This document shows, in pieces, positions 23,784 through 35,659 of a stretch of 64,000 nt of DNA. Positions within the stretch are counted from its first letter, which is position 1, and each line of letters opens with the position of its first letter. The notes under the pieces were generated by a model that saw nothing but the letters and a program-made list of their open reading frames with translations, was not told the DNA's origin and made no database searches. The stretch is taken from contig CAVZIR010000003.1 in NCBI GenBank assembly GCA_963775385.1, positions 3,218,934 to 3,282,933 of the forward strand. Direction: 5' to 3'. Origin of the DNA: an uncultured Solirubrobacteraceae bacterium (GTDB lineage Bacteria; Actinomycetota; Thermoleophilia; Solirubrobacterales; Solirubrobacteraceae). The translations under genes and the position numbers were made by a program.

Positions 23784-24522
23784 ATGCCCGGGCCCGTGAA
23801 GACAGAGGCGGTGGTGCTGCGCACGATGCGCTACGGCGAGGCGGACCGCATCCTGCATCTCTACACGCCCGCGCGCGGACGGGTCGGGGCGATCGCGAAG
23901 GGGGTGCGGCGCGCCCGCAGCCGCTTCGGCGGGCGGCTGGAGCCGTTCTTCAGGATCCAGGCCGAGCTGCACGAGGGGCGAGGCGAGCTGCTGACGGTCA
24001 CCGGCGCGCAGACGGTGGACGCGTTACCCCGCCTGCGGGGTGACGCGCGGGCGATCGACGCGGCCTCGCGCGCGTGCGACGCGGTCGGGCGGCTGTTCGA
24101 GACCGGGGAGCCGCACCCGGGGGTGTTCAACCTGCTGTGCCGCCAGCTCGCGCTGCTAGACGAGCAGGCGGGCGCGGGCCGGCGCCTCTGCGAGCCGTGC
24201 CGGCTCGCTGAGCTTTCGCCTCAAGCTGATGCTGGCGGCGGGGCTGGCGCCCCAGCTCGGCGCCTGCGCGAGCTGCGGGGAGCCCGAGCATCTCGTCGGC
24301 TTCTCGGGGGCGGCGGGCGGCGTGGTCTGCGCGGCCTGCGAGGCGGGGTCGTTCCCGCTCGGAGCCGAGGCGCACGAGTTCATGGCGGGGCGCTGGGGAG
24401 CCCGCTCAGCGAGGCGCCCGCGAGCAGGCGAGCAGGCGCTCGCCCAGGCCGAACGGGCGATCGCCGCGACGCTCGAGCACCACGCGCACGTCCGTCTGAT
24501 GCCGGCCTTCGCCGCTGCGTAG
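23784..24522 (+). CDS. recO: DNA repair protein RecO (frameshifted)
   Basis: VVLRTMRYGEADRI, AKGVRRARSRFGGRLEPF, CASC..CAAC. Confidence 0.92.
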
Positions 24523-24529
24523 TCGGGTA

Positions 24530-24893
24530 GTGCTGGCGGCCGTGGACGAGGGACTTCCGATCGCCTACCGCGTGCTCGAGCGCGGCGTGCCCGTGCTGAG
24601 CAGCGACGGCGACGAGGTCGGCACGGTCGACCACGTGGTCGCGGCCGCCGACCAGGACATCTTCCACGGGGTCGTGCTCGTCTTCCAAGCGGCTCGGCCG
24701 GCGCTTCGTGCCCGCGGAGGACGTGGCCTCGCTGCACGAGCGCGGGGTCGACCTGCGGATCAGCGCCGCGGCGGTCGCGGAGCTTCCCGCTCCGGGCGGA
24801 GGGGCGCCGGAATACACCGAGGACCCGGCCGAGTCGAAGTGGGAGCACTGGGCGCGGAAGCTGACCCTGCGCAAGGACTGGCGCTCGAAGTAG
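24530..24893 (+). CDS. PRC-barrel-like hypothetical protein (frameshift ~24690)
   Basis: GVPVLSSDGDEVGTVDHV...DIFHG..FVPAEDV. Confidence 0.65.
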
Positions 24894-24932
24894 ATCGCCG
24901 GGCCCGGCCGCGGCCGGTGCGAGAATCGGGTT

Positions 24933-25985
24933 GTGAGCCCGACACAGGCCGTAGCCGAGGAGTTCGCCGAGCGGGTGGCCGCGCAGGAGGAGCGGCTGCT
25001 CTCGCCGCTGGCTGCCCGCTCCTACCCCGCGCTGCGCGAGCACCCCGAGGAGGACTGCTCGCTGCGGACGCCGTTCCAGCGCGACCGCGACAGGATCGTG
25101 CACTCGAAGGCGTTCCGCCGGCTGACACACAAGACCCAGGTGTTCGTATCGCCGCGGGGCGACCACTACAGGACGCGGCTCACCCACACGCTGGAGGTGA
25201 CGAGCATCTCGCGGACCGTCGCCCGCGCGCTGCGCCTCAACGAGGACCTGGTCGAGGCGATCGGGCTCGGGCACGACCTCGGGCATCCGCCTTTCGGCCA
25301 CATCGGCGAGGAGGTTCTCGACGCCTGCCTGCAGGAGAGGTTCTCGCTGTCCTTCCGCCACTATGAGCACTCGCTGCGGATCGTCGAGCGGCTCGAGCCG
25401 GCCCCCAGCTCGCTGCGAGGCGTCTCCTCCGCGGGCCTGAACCTCACCGCACAGGTGCGCGACGGCATCGCGCGGCACTCGAGCAGGGCCGCCCTGCCGG
25501 CGACGCTCGAGGGGCGGATCGTGCGCCTGATCGACCGCGTGGCCTACATCAACCACGACATCGACGACGCGGTGCGGGCGGGCCTGCTCAGCGAGGGCGA
25601 GCTGCCGGCCGAGCCGATCGAGGTGCTCGGCCACTCCGGCTCGGCCCGGATCGACCGGCTGGTCCACGACATGGTCGAGCACTCCGAGCGCGCCGGGGAC
25701 ATCGTGCAGGGGCCGGAGGCGGGGCCCGCGATGGCGCAGCTGCGAGACTTCATGTTCGAGCGGGTCTACCTGGGCCCGGCCGTACGCGCGGAGCACGAGA
25801 AGATCGCGGCCGTGCTCAGCCGCCTGTTCGAGCACTACGTGGCGCATCCCGAGCTGCTCCCGGCCTCGCCGGGGGGAGAGGGGCAGCTCGCGCAGCGGGT
25901 GACCGACTACCTCGCCGGCATGACCGACCGCTACTGCATCCGGGAGTACACCGAGCTCCAGGTGCCGCGGGCGTTCGCGAGATAG
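24933..25985 (+). CDS. dgt: dGTP triphosphohydrolase
   Basis: FQRDRDRIVHSKAFRRL, RTRLTHTLEV, HDLGHPPFGH, DYLAGMTD. Confidence 0.93.
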   Translation: MSPTQAVAEEFAERVAAQEERLLSPLAARSYPALREHPEEDCSLRTPFQRDRDRIVHSKAFRRLTHKTQVFVSPRGDHYRTRLTHTLEVTSISRTVARALRLNEDLVEAIGLGHDLGHPPFGHIGEEVLDACLQERFSLSFRHYEHSLRIVERLEPAPSSLRGVSSAGLNLTAQVRDGIARHSSRAALPATLEGRIVRLIDRVAYINHDIDDAVRAGLLSEGELPAEPIEVLGHSGSARIDRLVHDMVEHSERAGDIVQGPEAGPAMAQLRDFMFERVYLGPAVRAEHEKIAAVLSRLFEHYVAHPELLPASPGGEGQLAQRVTDYLAGMTDRYCIREYTELQVPRAFAR

Positions 25986-25994
25986 GTTCTCTCG

Positions 25995-27875
25995 ATGGCC
26001 CTCTACACGCGCGAGTCGCGGGACGCGGTCCGCGACGCGGTCGACTTCGTCGAGCTTGTCGGCGCGCGCACCGAGCTGCGCCGGGCGGGACCGGCGCGAT
26101 ACGAGGGGCTGTGCCCGTTCCACGACGAGCGGACGCCCTCGTTCGGCATCGACCCGGCGCAGAAGGTCTACTACTGCTTCGGCTGCCAGGCCTCCGGCGA
26201 CGTGTTCACGTTCGTGCAGGAGACCGAGGGGGTGGACTTCCGCGGCGCGCTGGAGCTGCTGGGCGAGCGCTACGGAGTGGAGCTGCCAGCGCGAGCAGGA
26301 GGATCCGGGCGAGGCCGAGCGCCGGCGCGAGCGCGAGCGGCTGCTCGAGCTGCTCAGCCGCACGTCGGACTACTACGTGCGGTATCTGTGGGAGTCCAAG
26401 GAGGCGGCGCACGCGCGCGAGTACCTCGCCGAGCGAGGGCTGGGAGAGGAGATCCTGCGGGAGTTCCGCGTGGGCTACTCGCCGAGCGCGTGGGACACGG
26501 TTCTGAAGGCGTCGCATCGCGGCGGCTTCTCCGCGAAAGATCTCTATGCGGTCGGGTCTGGCGCAGCGCTCGCGGGAGAACGGGCGCGTCTACGACCGCT
26601 TCCGCTCGCGGATCATGTTCCCGCTCGCCGACACGCGGGGACGGGTGCTCGGCTTCGGCGCGCGGGCCCTGGACCACGACTCCTCCGCCGAGGACGCGGC
26701 GGCCGGGCGACGCCGCCCGAAGTACCTGAACACGTCCGACAACGACGTCTACCACAAGGGTCTGCACCTGTACGGGGCCGATCTGGCGCGGGCTCACGCG
26801 ACGCGCGCGGGTGAGGTGATCCTCTGCGAGGGCTACACGGATGTGATCGCGCTGCACCAGGCCGGGATGCGCAACGCGGTGGGGCTGATGGGCACGGCTC
26901 TGACCGGCGAGCAGGTCGGCGAGCTCTCGCGGATGGCCCAGACGGTGCTGCTCGCCCTGGATGCGGACACCGCCGGACAGGAGGCGATGCTGCGCGCCTC
27001 GACGCTGGCGGCGCGACGGAAGCTGGAGCTGCGCGTGGTGCCGCTGCCCGCCGGGCGCCGATCCTGCCGAGCTGGTCCAGCGGGAGGGGCCGGAGGCGAT
27101 GGCGGCAGCGGTCGCGCGGGCGGTGCCGTTCGTGCGCTTCCGCGTCGAGCGCGAGCTCGAGTCCGGCGACGTGCGCAGCCCCGAGGGGCAGGGACAGGAT
27201 CCTCGACGCGCTGCGGCCCGTGTTCGCGACGCTGCCCCAGAGCGCGATGCGGCTGGAGCTGATGCGGATGGTGAGCAGCCGGCTGGCGCTGCCCGAGAGC
27301 CTTGCCGAGCAGCTGTTGAGCGGCGGCGAGCGTCCTGCGCGCTCCGGCGCGCCAGGGCGCCCGGGCGCCTGCCGCGGGCACCGATCGCGCGCGGAACGGC
27401 GGACGGCCCCCGCGTGTCGGGACGCTTGCGGCGCGGCGACCCCGAGCGGGCTTTCCTGGCGCTGTGCATCGCCTCGCCGGAGGAGGGGGCGAAGGCGCTG
27501 CGGCGGTCTCGACGTCGAGCAGGAGTTCTCCAGCGATCTGCTCGTACGCGCGGCGCGGCAGGCTGCGCGACGGCGACCTGTCCGCGCCGATGGCCGATCG
27601 GCCCGGCGAGCCGGCGCTGGGCGAGGACCCGGAGCTGCTCGCGCTGCTGGCCGAGCTGATCGTCCAGGCCGCCGGCGAGGAGCCGAACCCCGGGATGCTC
27701 GAGGTCCAGCGGCTGCAGCTCGAGCTCGCGAGCCTCGAGCGCGGGATCCAGCAGCGAGCGCGGGCGCGAGCACGCTGACGTCGACGCGCTGGCGCGCAGG
27801 AAAGCGGAGAAGAAACTGGAGTTCGACCGGGCTTACGCGCGGGTGCTGGACGAGACGGGGGAGAGGGAGCGTTAG
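25995..27875 (+). CDS. dnaG: DNA primase (multiple frameshifts)
   Basis: CPFHDERTPSF zinc finger, KYLNT, EGYTDVI, DADTAG Toprim. Confidence 0.93.
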
Positions 27876-27925
27876 CCGAGCGTTCGCGGGCGCTGAGTGT
27901 GTCCCGTCGCGCGCATCGGTGACAA

Positions 27926-27984
27926 GCCTGCAAACTCGCGTGTCAAGCGCGTGAACGTTGCGCCGAAACCCTTTGTTTGCAGGC
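27926..27984. repeat. 10-bp inverted repeat upstream of the HNH gene
   Basis: GCCTGCAAAC (27926-27935) / GTTTGCAGGC (27975-27984). Confidence 0.6.
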
Positions 27985-28006
27985 AAAAGGGGTTGAGAAT
28001 GGGTGC

Positions 28007-28727
28007 ATGGATCGCGCCCAGCTCGAAGAGATGCTCGCCGAGGGGCTGTCGCTCGCGGCGATGGGACGGCGCCTGGGAGTGCACGAATCGACCGTGGCCG
28101 GGCAGCTGTGGGCACACGGGCTGCGGGCGGTCAACGCGGAGAAGCATGCGGCGCGCGGAGGGCTGACCAGGGAGCAGTTGGAGCCGTTGGTGGAGGCGGG
28201 GATGTCGATCGCTCAGATCGCGGCCGAGGTCGATCGGAGCAAGGCGACCGTCCGGCATTGGGCTGCGGCGGCATGGACTCAAGACCTGGAGTCCGAGTGG
28301 ATCACGCAGGAAGGCCGAGTCCCACGCGGGATCAGGTGCCGGCCTGCGGGAGGCAAAGATGAGATGCGCGCGGCACGGCGACACGGAGTTCGTTATCGAC
28401 GGCCGGGGCTACTACCGCTGCCGCAAGTGCCGCGCCGAAGCCGTGTCCAGGAGACGGCGCAAGATGAAGGCGATCCTCGTACAGGAGGCGGGCGGTGCCT
28501 GCAGCGCCTGCGGCTATTCGGCGTCGCCCCGAGCGCTCGATTTCCATCATCTCGACCCGGCAGAGAAGTCCTTCGAGCTCAACGCTAAAGGTGTCGCCCT
28601 CGCGCTCGATACGCTACGTGTGGAGGCTCGGAAGTGCGTGCTTCTGTGCTCTAATTGCCACGCTGAGGTGGAGGAACGAGGACTCCACCACCACGGCGCG
28701 TTGACTGAAGTGAACATAGACAGTTAG
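28007..28727 (+). CDS. HTH-HTH-zinc ribbon-HNH endonuclease-like protein (frameshifted)
   Basis: Two HTHs (LGVHESTV; VDRSKATVRHW), CARHG..CRKC, CSACGY..LDFHH..LLCSNCHAE. Confidence 0.75.
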
Positions 28728-28736
28728 TTCATGCTG

Positions 28737-28808
28737 TCCGGGGTAGCTCAATGGCAGAGTAACCGGCTGTTAACCGGTAGGTTGTGGGTTCGAGTCCCAC
28801 CCCCGGAG
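28737..28808 (+). tRNA. tRNA-Asn (GTT)
   Basis: TCCGGGG/CCCCGGA acceptor, ACCGG-CTGTTAA-CCGGT anticodon arm, GTTCGAGTC T-loop. Confidence 0.96.
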
Positions 28809-28848
28809 CTTCGTCCCAGGCGCCCGCGGAGGTCTCGGTACGACGGCT

Positions 28849-29260
28849 CTAGCGGCGCAACGCCCGGAGCACCACGCCGGGCGAGCGTGCCATCCGCGGC
28901 CCGATCATCACGAAGAACAGCAGCGTCGCAAGCAGCGGCCGCAGGTGAGGCCGGATACGCGCGATCCGTCCCTCGGCATCCAGCTCGAACACCATCGCGT
29001 CGCCGATCCTCATCGGCCCGACGCGGGCCTCGGCGATCGCGAGCCGCTGCGCGCCCTCGCCGACCGGCGGCTCCCAGCGAACATCGCGGAGCATCCCGTA
29101 GACCGCGGTGAGCAGCGTCCGTCACGTCGTCGCGGCCCCTGAAGACCGCGCTTCCGATCACGGGAGAGGGCAGCTGGACGTCCGGCGCGAACGTCGCCGC
29201 CAGTGCGTTCATGTCTCCGGCTTCGACGGCGGCGCAGTAGCGGGTGACGGCGTCCTCCAT
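28849..29260 (-). CDS. SnoaL-like protein (frameshift ~29120)
   Basis: MEDAVTRYCAAVEAGD..FRGRDDV; ELDAEGRIARIRPHLRPL. Confidence 0.75.
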
Positions 29261-30505
29261 GAGGGCAGTATTGCGCTCTCGCAGAACCGCTCGACGAGCT
29301 CGGCTGCCGCCGCGCCGGGGTCGTGCGCCGCGTGCCACTGCGCCAGCTCGCGCGCCCGCGCGCGGATCGAAGGCTCCTCGATCGCCCGCTCGACCGCCAA
29401 CCGCACCGTCCGCGGCGAGACGAAGCGCCGCGGCAGCCGCACCCCGGCTCCCGCCCAGTCCAGGCGCGCCGCGTTCTCGTTCATGTCCCCGACGGCCGGG
29501 CAGGCGACGACAGCGCACCCGCAGGAGAGCGCTCGCACGAGCGTTCCGTGCCCCGCGTGGCAGACCACCACGGCGGACCGGGGCATCTCCCGCGTGTAGA
29601 CGAGCCAGTCCACGACACGCGCGTTCTCCGGCACCGGCAGCGGCCGCGAGGGCAGCCGCCGGTTCCACGTCGCGAGCACGCGCACCGGGGCGTCCGCCAG
29701 CCCGCGAAGCGAGGCGTGGAGCAGCCGGTGCTCGGCGTCCTGCGCAGTGGACGGCGCGACGAGCACGAGCGGACGCCCGTCTTGCGCATCGACCTCGCCC
29801 TCCAGCTCGGCGAGGGGATCCTCCGGAGCGGGCGGCTCCCACATCAGCGGCCCGACGACGTGCACGTGCTCGGGCCAGCGCCGCGGGTACTCGAGCTGAG
29901 GGAACGTCGCGACGATCGCAAGCTCCGCGCTGATGCCGCCGTGAACGTGGTCGAGCGCGGCAAGACCCAGTCGCGCCCTCGTCTCGTTCAGCTCGCGCCG
30001 GCCGCGCTCCAGCCCGCGCCCCACGACGGGCTGCGCCCGCCGCCACACCGCCCGCCCCGCTGCCGTCCGCGGCATCCGCGCCCCCAGCGAGTAGATCGGA
30101 TGCTCCGGGCCGCCCGTGCGGATGCACGTGGGGGATCAGCGTCGCCCACCGCCGGCCGTCCATCTCGGCCGCGAGCGCGGGCGCGAGCGTGAGGATGTCG
30201 GCGACGACCGCTTCCGGCGCAAGCTCGCGCACGAGCGGCAGCGTGTCCTGCGCCGCGTGCACCACGGCCTCGTAGAAGTCGAGCGGCTCAGGGCCCTGGG
30301 GGAAGACCTGGTACTCGGGCGCCGGCGCGAACGCCATGCCCTCGGCTTCCACGTGACCCTGCCAGCGCCGCCAGGTCTGCAGCGTGACGTCGTTCCCGCG
30401 CGCCGCCAGCGCCCGCCCGAGGGCGATCATCGGGAATGCGTGGCCCGGGTCGCCGAACGCGCCCAGGAGGATGCGGCGTCCGGCCAGCGGGCGGCCTTCG
30501 CTCAG
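29209..30505 (-). CDS. GT1/MGT-type glycosyltransferase (frameshift ~30110; ends approximate)
   Basis: GDPGHAFP, VVCHAGHGT, DMNENAAR. Confidence 0.82.
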
Positions 30506-31537
30506 GCCGCGAGCTCGGCGAGCAGCCGCATCTGCTCGAGGCGCTCGTCGCGGCCGAAGGCGGTCGGCGTGATCCCGAGCGTGCCGACGCCGGCGTCGCG
30601 GTAGGCGGCGAGCCGGTCGCGGACCATGTCCTTCGGGCCGCACAGCGAGACCGCGTCGATCAGCTCGTCGGGAACCGCCGCCATCGCCTCCTCGCGCTTG
30701 CCGTCCAGGTACAGGTCCTGGATCGTCTTCGCCTCCGCCTCGTAGCCGTAGCGGCTCACGAGCTGGTTGTAGAAGTTCTGCTTGCGCGAGCCCATCCCGC
30801 CGACGTACAGCGCGATGAATGCGCGCATCGTGTTGCGCGCCGCCTCGAGGTCGTCGGAGATGCACAGGCTGACGGTCGGAGCGATGTCGAAGCCGTCGAG
30901 GCTTTTGCCGCTGCGGGCCGCGCCGTCCTCGAGCAGCTTGCGCAGGTCGGCCACGTGCTCGGGGGAGAACAGCGTGGGGATCCAGCCGTCGGCGATCTCG
31001 CCGGCCAGTTCGGTGTTCTTCGGTCCGATCGCCGCCAGGTAGATCGGGATCTGCTCCTGGACCGTGGAGATCGTCAGCTTCAGCGCCTTGCCGGGCCCGT
31101 CGGGCAGCGGCAGCTCGAGCGTCTCGCCCTTGAACTCCACGCGTTCGCGGGCGAGCGCCATCCGCACCACCGCCACGTACTCGCGCGTGCGCTGGAGCTG
31201 TTTCGCGAACCGCTGACCGTGCCAGCCCTCGGCCACCTGCGGGCCCGGAGGAGCCGATGCCGATGATCATGCGCCCGTCTGAGAGCTGGTCGATCGTGGC
31301 GGCGGTCATCGCCGTCATCGCGGCCGAGCGCGCGGGCATCTGGAAGATCCCGGCGCCGAGGCGGATCTTGCTCGTCTGCCCGGCCAGCCACGCCAGCACC
31401 GTGGCTGTGTCGGAGCCGTAAGCCTCTGCCGCCCAGACCGAGTCGTAGCCGAGCCGCTCGGCCTCCTGGACGATCTGCAACTGGTCCTCGGAGGTCAGGC
31501 CGAGGCCCCAGTAACCGATGTGGATGCCGAGCTTCAT
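30502..31537 (-). CDS. LLM class F420-dependent oxidoreductase (frameshift ~31245)
   Basis: AEAYGSD, GIGSSGP, EGWHG, AAIGPKN..AGEIADGW. Confidence 0.88.
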
Positions 31538-31648
31538 GCAGGTTTCCTTTCAGCTGCAGGGATTTCCTTGCCGGCGGAGAGGCGGAGGCCTAGTCTTGGC
31601 CGCGCCCCTCCCGCGATCAGCCCGAGCGCCTCGAGCGGGGCACAGCCT

Positions 31649-32129
31649 ATGCGAAAGCGCCGCTCCTCCAGCAGCCCGATCGAGCGCCTGCGCCTGGCGA
31701 TCGACTGCATGCCGCTGGCCACGCGCGAGGCCATGCTCGCGGGCGTACTCGCGCAGCGAGCGGATCCTCGTCGGCGCCTACACCGACGGCCGCGGCGGCG
31801 TCTGCCCGATGCTCGCCGCGCACCGCGCCGGCGGGCGCACCGACTTCATCTCCTTCGCGAAGGCGTGGGACCGCTTCGCCCGCTGCCGCGGCGCGAGCCG
31901 CCCCGCGACCGAGCGCGAGACACGGATCCTCGTCGCCCAACTCGAAGCGAGCCTGGCCGATGCGGACGGCTGCGAGCTGGACCGCGCGATCGCCGAGCAC
32001 CACGTGCTCGTCGCGGCGTCCAAGCGCCGCCCGGCGCGCGAGACCGAGCACGACCCGCGCGGCGAGATCCGCGCACGCCGCCTCGCCGCCCCCCGCCCGG
32101 CGCCGGCCGGCGTGGCCGTCCCGGCCTAG
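31649..32129 (+). CDS. Hypothetical protein (frameshift ~31750)
   Basis: GC3-rich frames joining LRLAIDCMP..AML to IVGAYTDGRGGVCPMLAAHR. Confidence 0.65.
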
Positions 32130-32358
32130 TCAGCGCCGCCGATGCGCGGCGCGCCGCGGCCCGCGTCCGCGCGCGGCGTAGCTCGCGAGCTCGCGTTCGA
32201 AGGCCGGCCAGTCCCAGCCGCGCTTGGATGCCCGCCTGATCGCGGCGCAGGTCGAGCGCGCGCGAGCCGATCTTCGAGAGGTCCAGCGCGGCCGCCGTCA
32301 CACCCACCACCACGAGGAGCAGCAGGCCGCATACGAGGATGATCGTCAGAGAGCTCAC
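32126..32358 (-). CDS. Small membrane-anchored protein (probably frameshifted)
   Basis: MSSLTIILVCGLLLLVVVGV N-terminal TM; end uncertain. Confidence 0.4.
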
Positions 32359-32411
32359 ACCTGTTGCGAGGTTTCCCCGGCAACGGGCGCTGAAACGTCA
32401 GCAGCCGGAAG

Positions 32412-33138
32412 CTAGAGGCCCTCGCCGGGGCGCACGAACATGATCTCCGGCACCACGCAGGCGGGCGAGACGCGCAGCAGGAACCGCACCGACTCGGCGA
32501 TGTCCTCCGGGCGGATCATCTCCGCCGCGGGCACGTGCTCCTTGACGAAGTCGGTCATCGGCGTGTCGACGAAGGCGGGGCAGAGGGCGGTCGACTTGAT
32601 CCCGTCGGGGCCGAGTTCCTTGTTCATCGCTTCGGTCCATCCGACGACGCCGTGCTTGGTGGCGGAGTAGACCGACAGCCAGCCCTCGCCGTGCTTGCCC
32701 GAGATCGAGGACGTGTTGACGACCAGCGCGTTTTTGTGCTCGGCTGCCGCCTCGCGCAGCATCGGCATGCACTCGCGGTAGAAGATGAAGATCTGGCGCA
32801 GGTTGATCGCCAGCTGCATGTCGATGTGCTTGGTCTGGATCTCGCCGACCGGCGCGCCGATCGCCCACACCCGCATTGTTGACGAGCACGTCGAGACGCC
32901 CGAAGCGCTCCTTGTGCGTCGTGACAACCTGCTTGATCTGCTCCTCGTCGGCGACGTTCACCGCCAGCGACTCGACCTCGTGGCCGAGCTCGCGCAGCTC
33001 GGTGACCGCACCCTCGAGCTTCTCGGGGCGCCGTGAGGCGACGGTCAGCGAGTAGCCCTCCTCGCCGAGGACCTTCGCGATCGCGAGCCCGATGCCGCTC
33101 GATGCTCCCGTGACGATCGCTGCCTTCTCTGCCGCCAT
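32412..33138 (-). CDS. SDR family oxidoreductase (frameshift ~32862)
   Basis: TGASSGIG, NNAG, YSATK. Confidence 0.9.
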
Positions 33139-33269
33139 CTGCCTACCCCTCCTGTCGTGAGCCGAGCCGAACGCCAGCCTGTACGGGCGGGCGGCGGGAG
33201 CATATCTGGACGGCACCCACCGGCCGGGGGTAGACTCGAAGCTCAACGTCGTCGAGCGAGTGGGGGTTC

Positions 33270-33703
33270 ATGGTGTTCGTCCCAAGAAGGTCTCGCGGCA
33301 CGTTCGTCCTCTGCGCCGCGGCCGCGGCGCTCACGGCGGCCGCGCCGGCATCAGCGGCGGGCGAAGGCAGCCCGAAAGTCTCGGTCAAACCGCACAAGGT
33401 GATGGTCAACACGACGGTCACGCTCAAGGGCAAACACTTCGCGCCGAACACGACGATGCGCTCCTCGAGTGCGGCAAGACGTTCTGGCTGGCGCCGTCGA
33501 ACCCATGCCTGGAAGACAACGCGACCGAAGTGACGACCGACGCCAAGGGGCGCTTCGAAACCACCTTCAAGGCCGGCGTCTGCCCCGAAGCCGAACGGAT
33601 CAAAATGCGGACCGAAGTCAAGTGCTACGTGGGCGCGGTCAAATTCGGCGAAGACACCGGCGAACTCGTCGGCGCCGGGAAGCTCGACGTCAGCTACCCC
33701 TGA
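33270..33703 (+). CDS. Secreted neocarzinostatin-apoprotein-like protein (frameshift ~33458)
   Basis: Signal peptide, VSVKP..VTLKGKHF, four Cys in the mature part, TDAKGRF. Confidence 0.55.
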
Positions 33704-33881
33704 GCGTCTGAGGAAGTTCACCCGCCGCGCGAGAAGGCGTGGCAGTATGGGCTCACGAGCCTCCGTGGTCGGTCGGCCCTGACTCCGGCGCGATGACGGG
33801 TTGACGCGGCGAGGGGACTCGCGCCGAACCGAGCGGTTCGGCCCGAGCGGCCGAACCGGGATCTCAACCCGAAGGAGCGTC

Positions 33882-34736
33882 ATGCCCTACCTCACCGTCG
33901 GTCAGGAGAACTCCGCCCCGATCGAGCTCTACTACGAGGACCACGGCTCGGGTGCGCCGATCGTGCTCATCCACGGTTACCCACTCAGCGGCCGAGCCTG
34001 GGACAGGCAGCTGCCGCCGCTCCTGGAAGCGGGCAGGCGCGTCATCACCTACGACCGGCGCGGCTTCGGCAAGTCGAGCCAGCCCGCCACCGGCTACGAC
34101 TACGACACGTTCGCCCAGGATCTCGCGACGCTGATGGACGAGCTGGACCTGACGGACGCCGTCATCGCCGGCCACTCGATGGGCACCGGCGAGGTGACGC
34201 GCTACCTCGGCACACACGGCTCCTCGCGCGTGGAGCGCGGCGTGCTGGTCTCGCCGATCCCGCCGTTCCTGAAGCAGACCGACGACAACCCGGACGGGCT
34301 TCCGCGAAGCCTCTTCGACGGCTTCGAAAAGGAAGCACGGGCGGATGGCAACGTCTGGATGAAGGGCTTCCTCGAAAACTTCTACAACTACGACGACTAC
34401 AAAGGGACACTCGTCAGCGAACAGGCCTTCCAGGCGAGCTTCAACATCGCGGTCAGCTCCTCGGCGATCGCCACCGTCGCCTGCATCGACACCTGGCTCA
34501 CCGATTTCCGTGCGGACCTCGCGAAGATCGACGTGCCGATGCTCGTGATCCAGGGCGACGCCGATCGCATCCTGCCCTACGACAAGACAGGCGCGCGCCT
34601 GCCGGCGTTGCTCGACGACGTCCAGCTCGTCACGATCGAAGGCGGGCCGCACGCGATCGCCTGGACGCACGTGATGCAGGTCAACAAGGCGCTGCTGCAG
34701 TTCATCGGCGCCGAGAGCCGCGTCGCGGCCGGCTGA
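33882..34736 (+). CDS. Non-heme haloperoxidase-type alpha/beta hydrolase
   Basis: YYEDHGSG, HGYPL, YDRRGFG, GHSMG, GDADRILP, GGPH; GAAGGAG RBS. Confidence 0.92.
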   Translation: MPYLTVGQENSAPIELYYEDHGSGAPIVLIHGYPLSGRAWDRQLPPLLEAGRRVITYDRRGFGKSSQPATGYDYDTFAQDLATLMDELDLTDAVIAGHSMGTGEVTRYLGTHGSSRVERGVLVSPIPPFLKQTDDNPDGLPRSLFDGFEKEARADGNVWMKGFLENFYNYDDYKGTLVSEQAFQASFNIAVSSSAIATVACIDTWLTDFRADLAKIDVPMLVIQGDADRILPYDKTGARLPALLDDVQLVTIEGGPHAIAWTHVMQVNKALLQFIGAESRVAAG

Positions 34737-34826
34737 GACGGGGGCTCGCGCCCGGGTGCGCTGGTAGCGTCTGGACGGCCTGCCCGGGCCGTGCCCTGCG
34801 GGGCACCGGCGGTCCGAGCGAGCGTT

Positions 34827-34900
34827 GGGCCCGTAGCTCAGTTGGTCAGAGCTGCCGACTCATAATCGGTAGGTCGCTGGTTCGAGTCCAGCCGGGCCCA
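34827..34900 (+). tRNA. tRNA-CAT, probably Ile2 (lysidine type)
   Basis: GGGCCCG/CGGGCCC acceptor, CCGA-CTCATAA-TCGG arm, resembles ileX-type tRNAs. Confidence 0.92.
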
Positions 34901-34959
34901 CGTTGATCCGACTCGGGAAGCGTGTTCCAGACGCGCTCCGCGCCGAGCGCTTGGTGGCG

Positions 34960-35659
34960 TCAGCTCGGTGGTCCGCGAAGGCTGAGGAGCTCCACTACTG
35001 AGAGCGACGAACATCGCGCTGGCGACCGCGACCAGCCCGTAGCGAGCGGCGGGCAGCGGAAGGCGGCTACCGATCCCGACGAGGAATAGGACGGCCGCCA
35101 GGAAGACGGTGAGGCGCACGTACTTGTCTGCCGTTCCAGCGGCTGACTGGCCGCGGCTGAAGTAGGCGTCGGCCTTGGCGTTCAGGGCCTTGGCTTGGGC
35201 CTGTTGCGGTATCCGGTACTGGGGCATGTCGGACGGATCCGCTGGCGCGTTGGGGTTCGTGAGGGGCTTGGTGGCCCGCCATGCTTCGACGGCGGCGAGT
35301 GCGCTCGGGCGCAGCCGCTTGAGCGCGACGCGGAAGAGCAGGGGATTGTGCGAGGCGTAGGCAGTGATTGCGGCATTGAAGTCCACCGAGTCCAGCGTGC
35401 GGATCTGCGTCGCTTCGATGGCGGCTTGGTTGGCTTTCGTCCGGGTGGAGGAGGCTTTCGCCAGTGAAAGCGACGAGTCGGTGCCCCACTTGGCCGCTGC
35501 GTACCCCGACCATGCGGCCATGATCGCCACGAGCGAGAGCAGCACCGCCTCGGCGATCGAAACGTAGCGGTCACGCCGGGAGTGATCCTCAGGCGCGTGG
35601 TGCTCGCGATGCTCGGCGATCTCCTTGCCGACCTCGGTCGCCGAAAGGCCCTCAGGCAT
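34960..35659 (-). CDS. Hypothetical membrane protein (frameshift ~35005)
   Basis: TM 'AVLLSLVAIMAAWSGY' plus two C-terminal TMs; stop at 34960 in shifted frame. Confidence 0.7.

Noticed and set aside
34838-34960. CDS overlapping tRNA-Ile2 antisense (likewise 28748-31537 over tRNA-Asn)
   Set aside because: Read-through caused by frameshifts; the natural stop is at 34960
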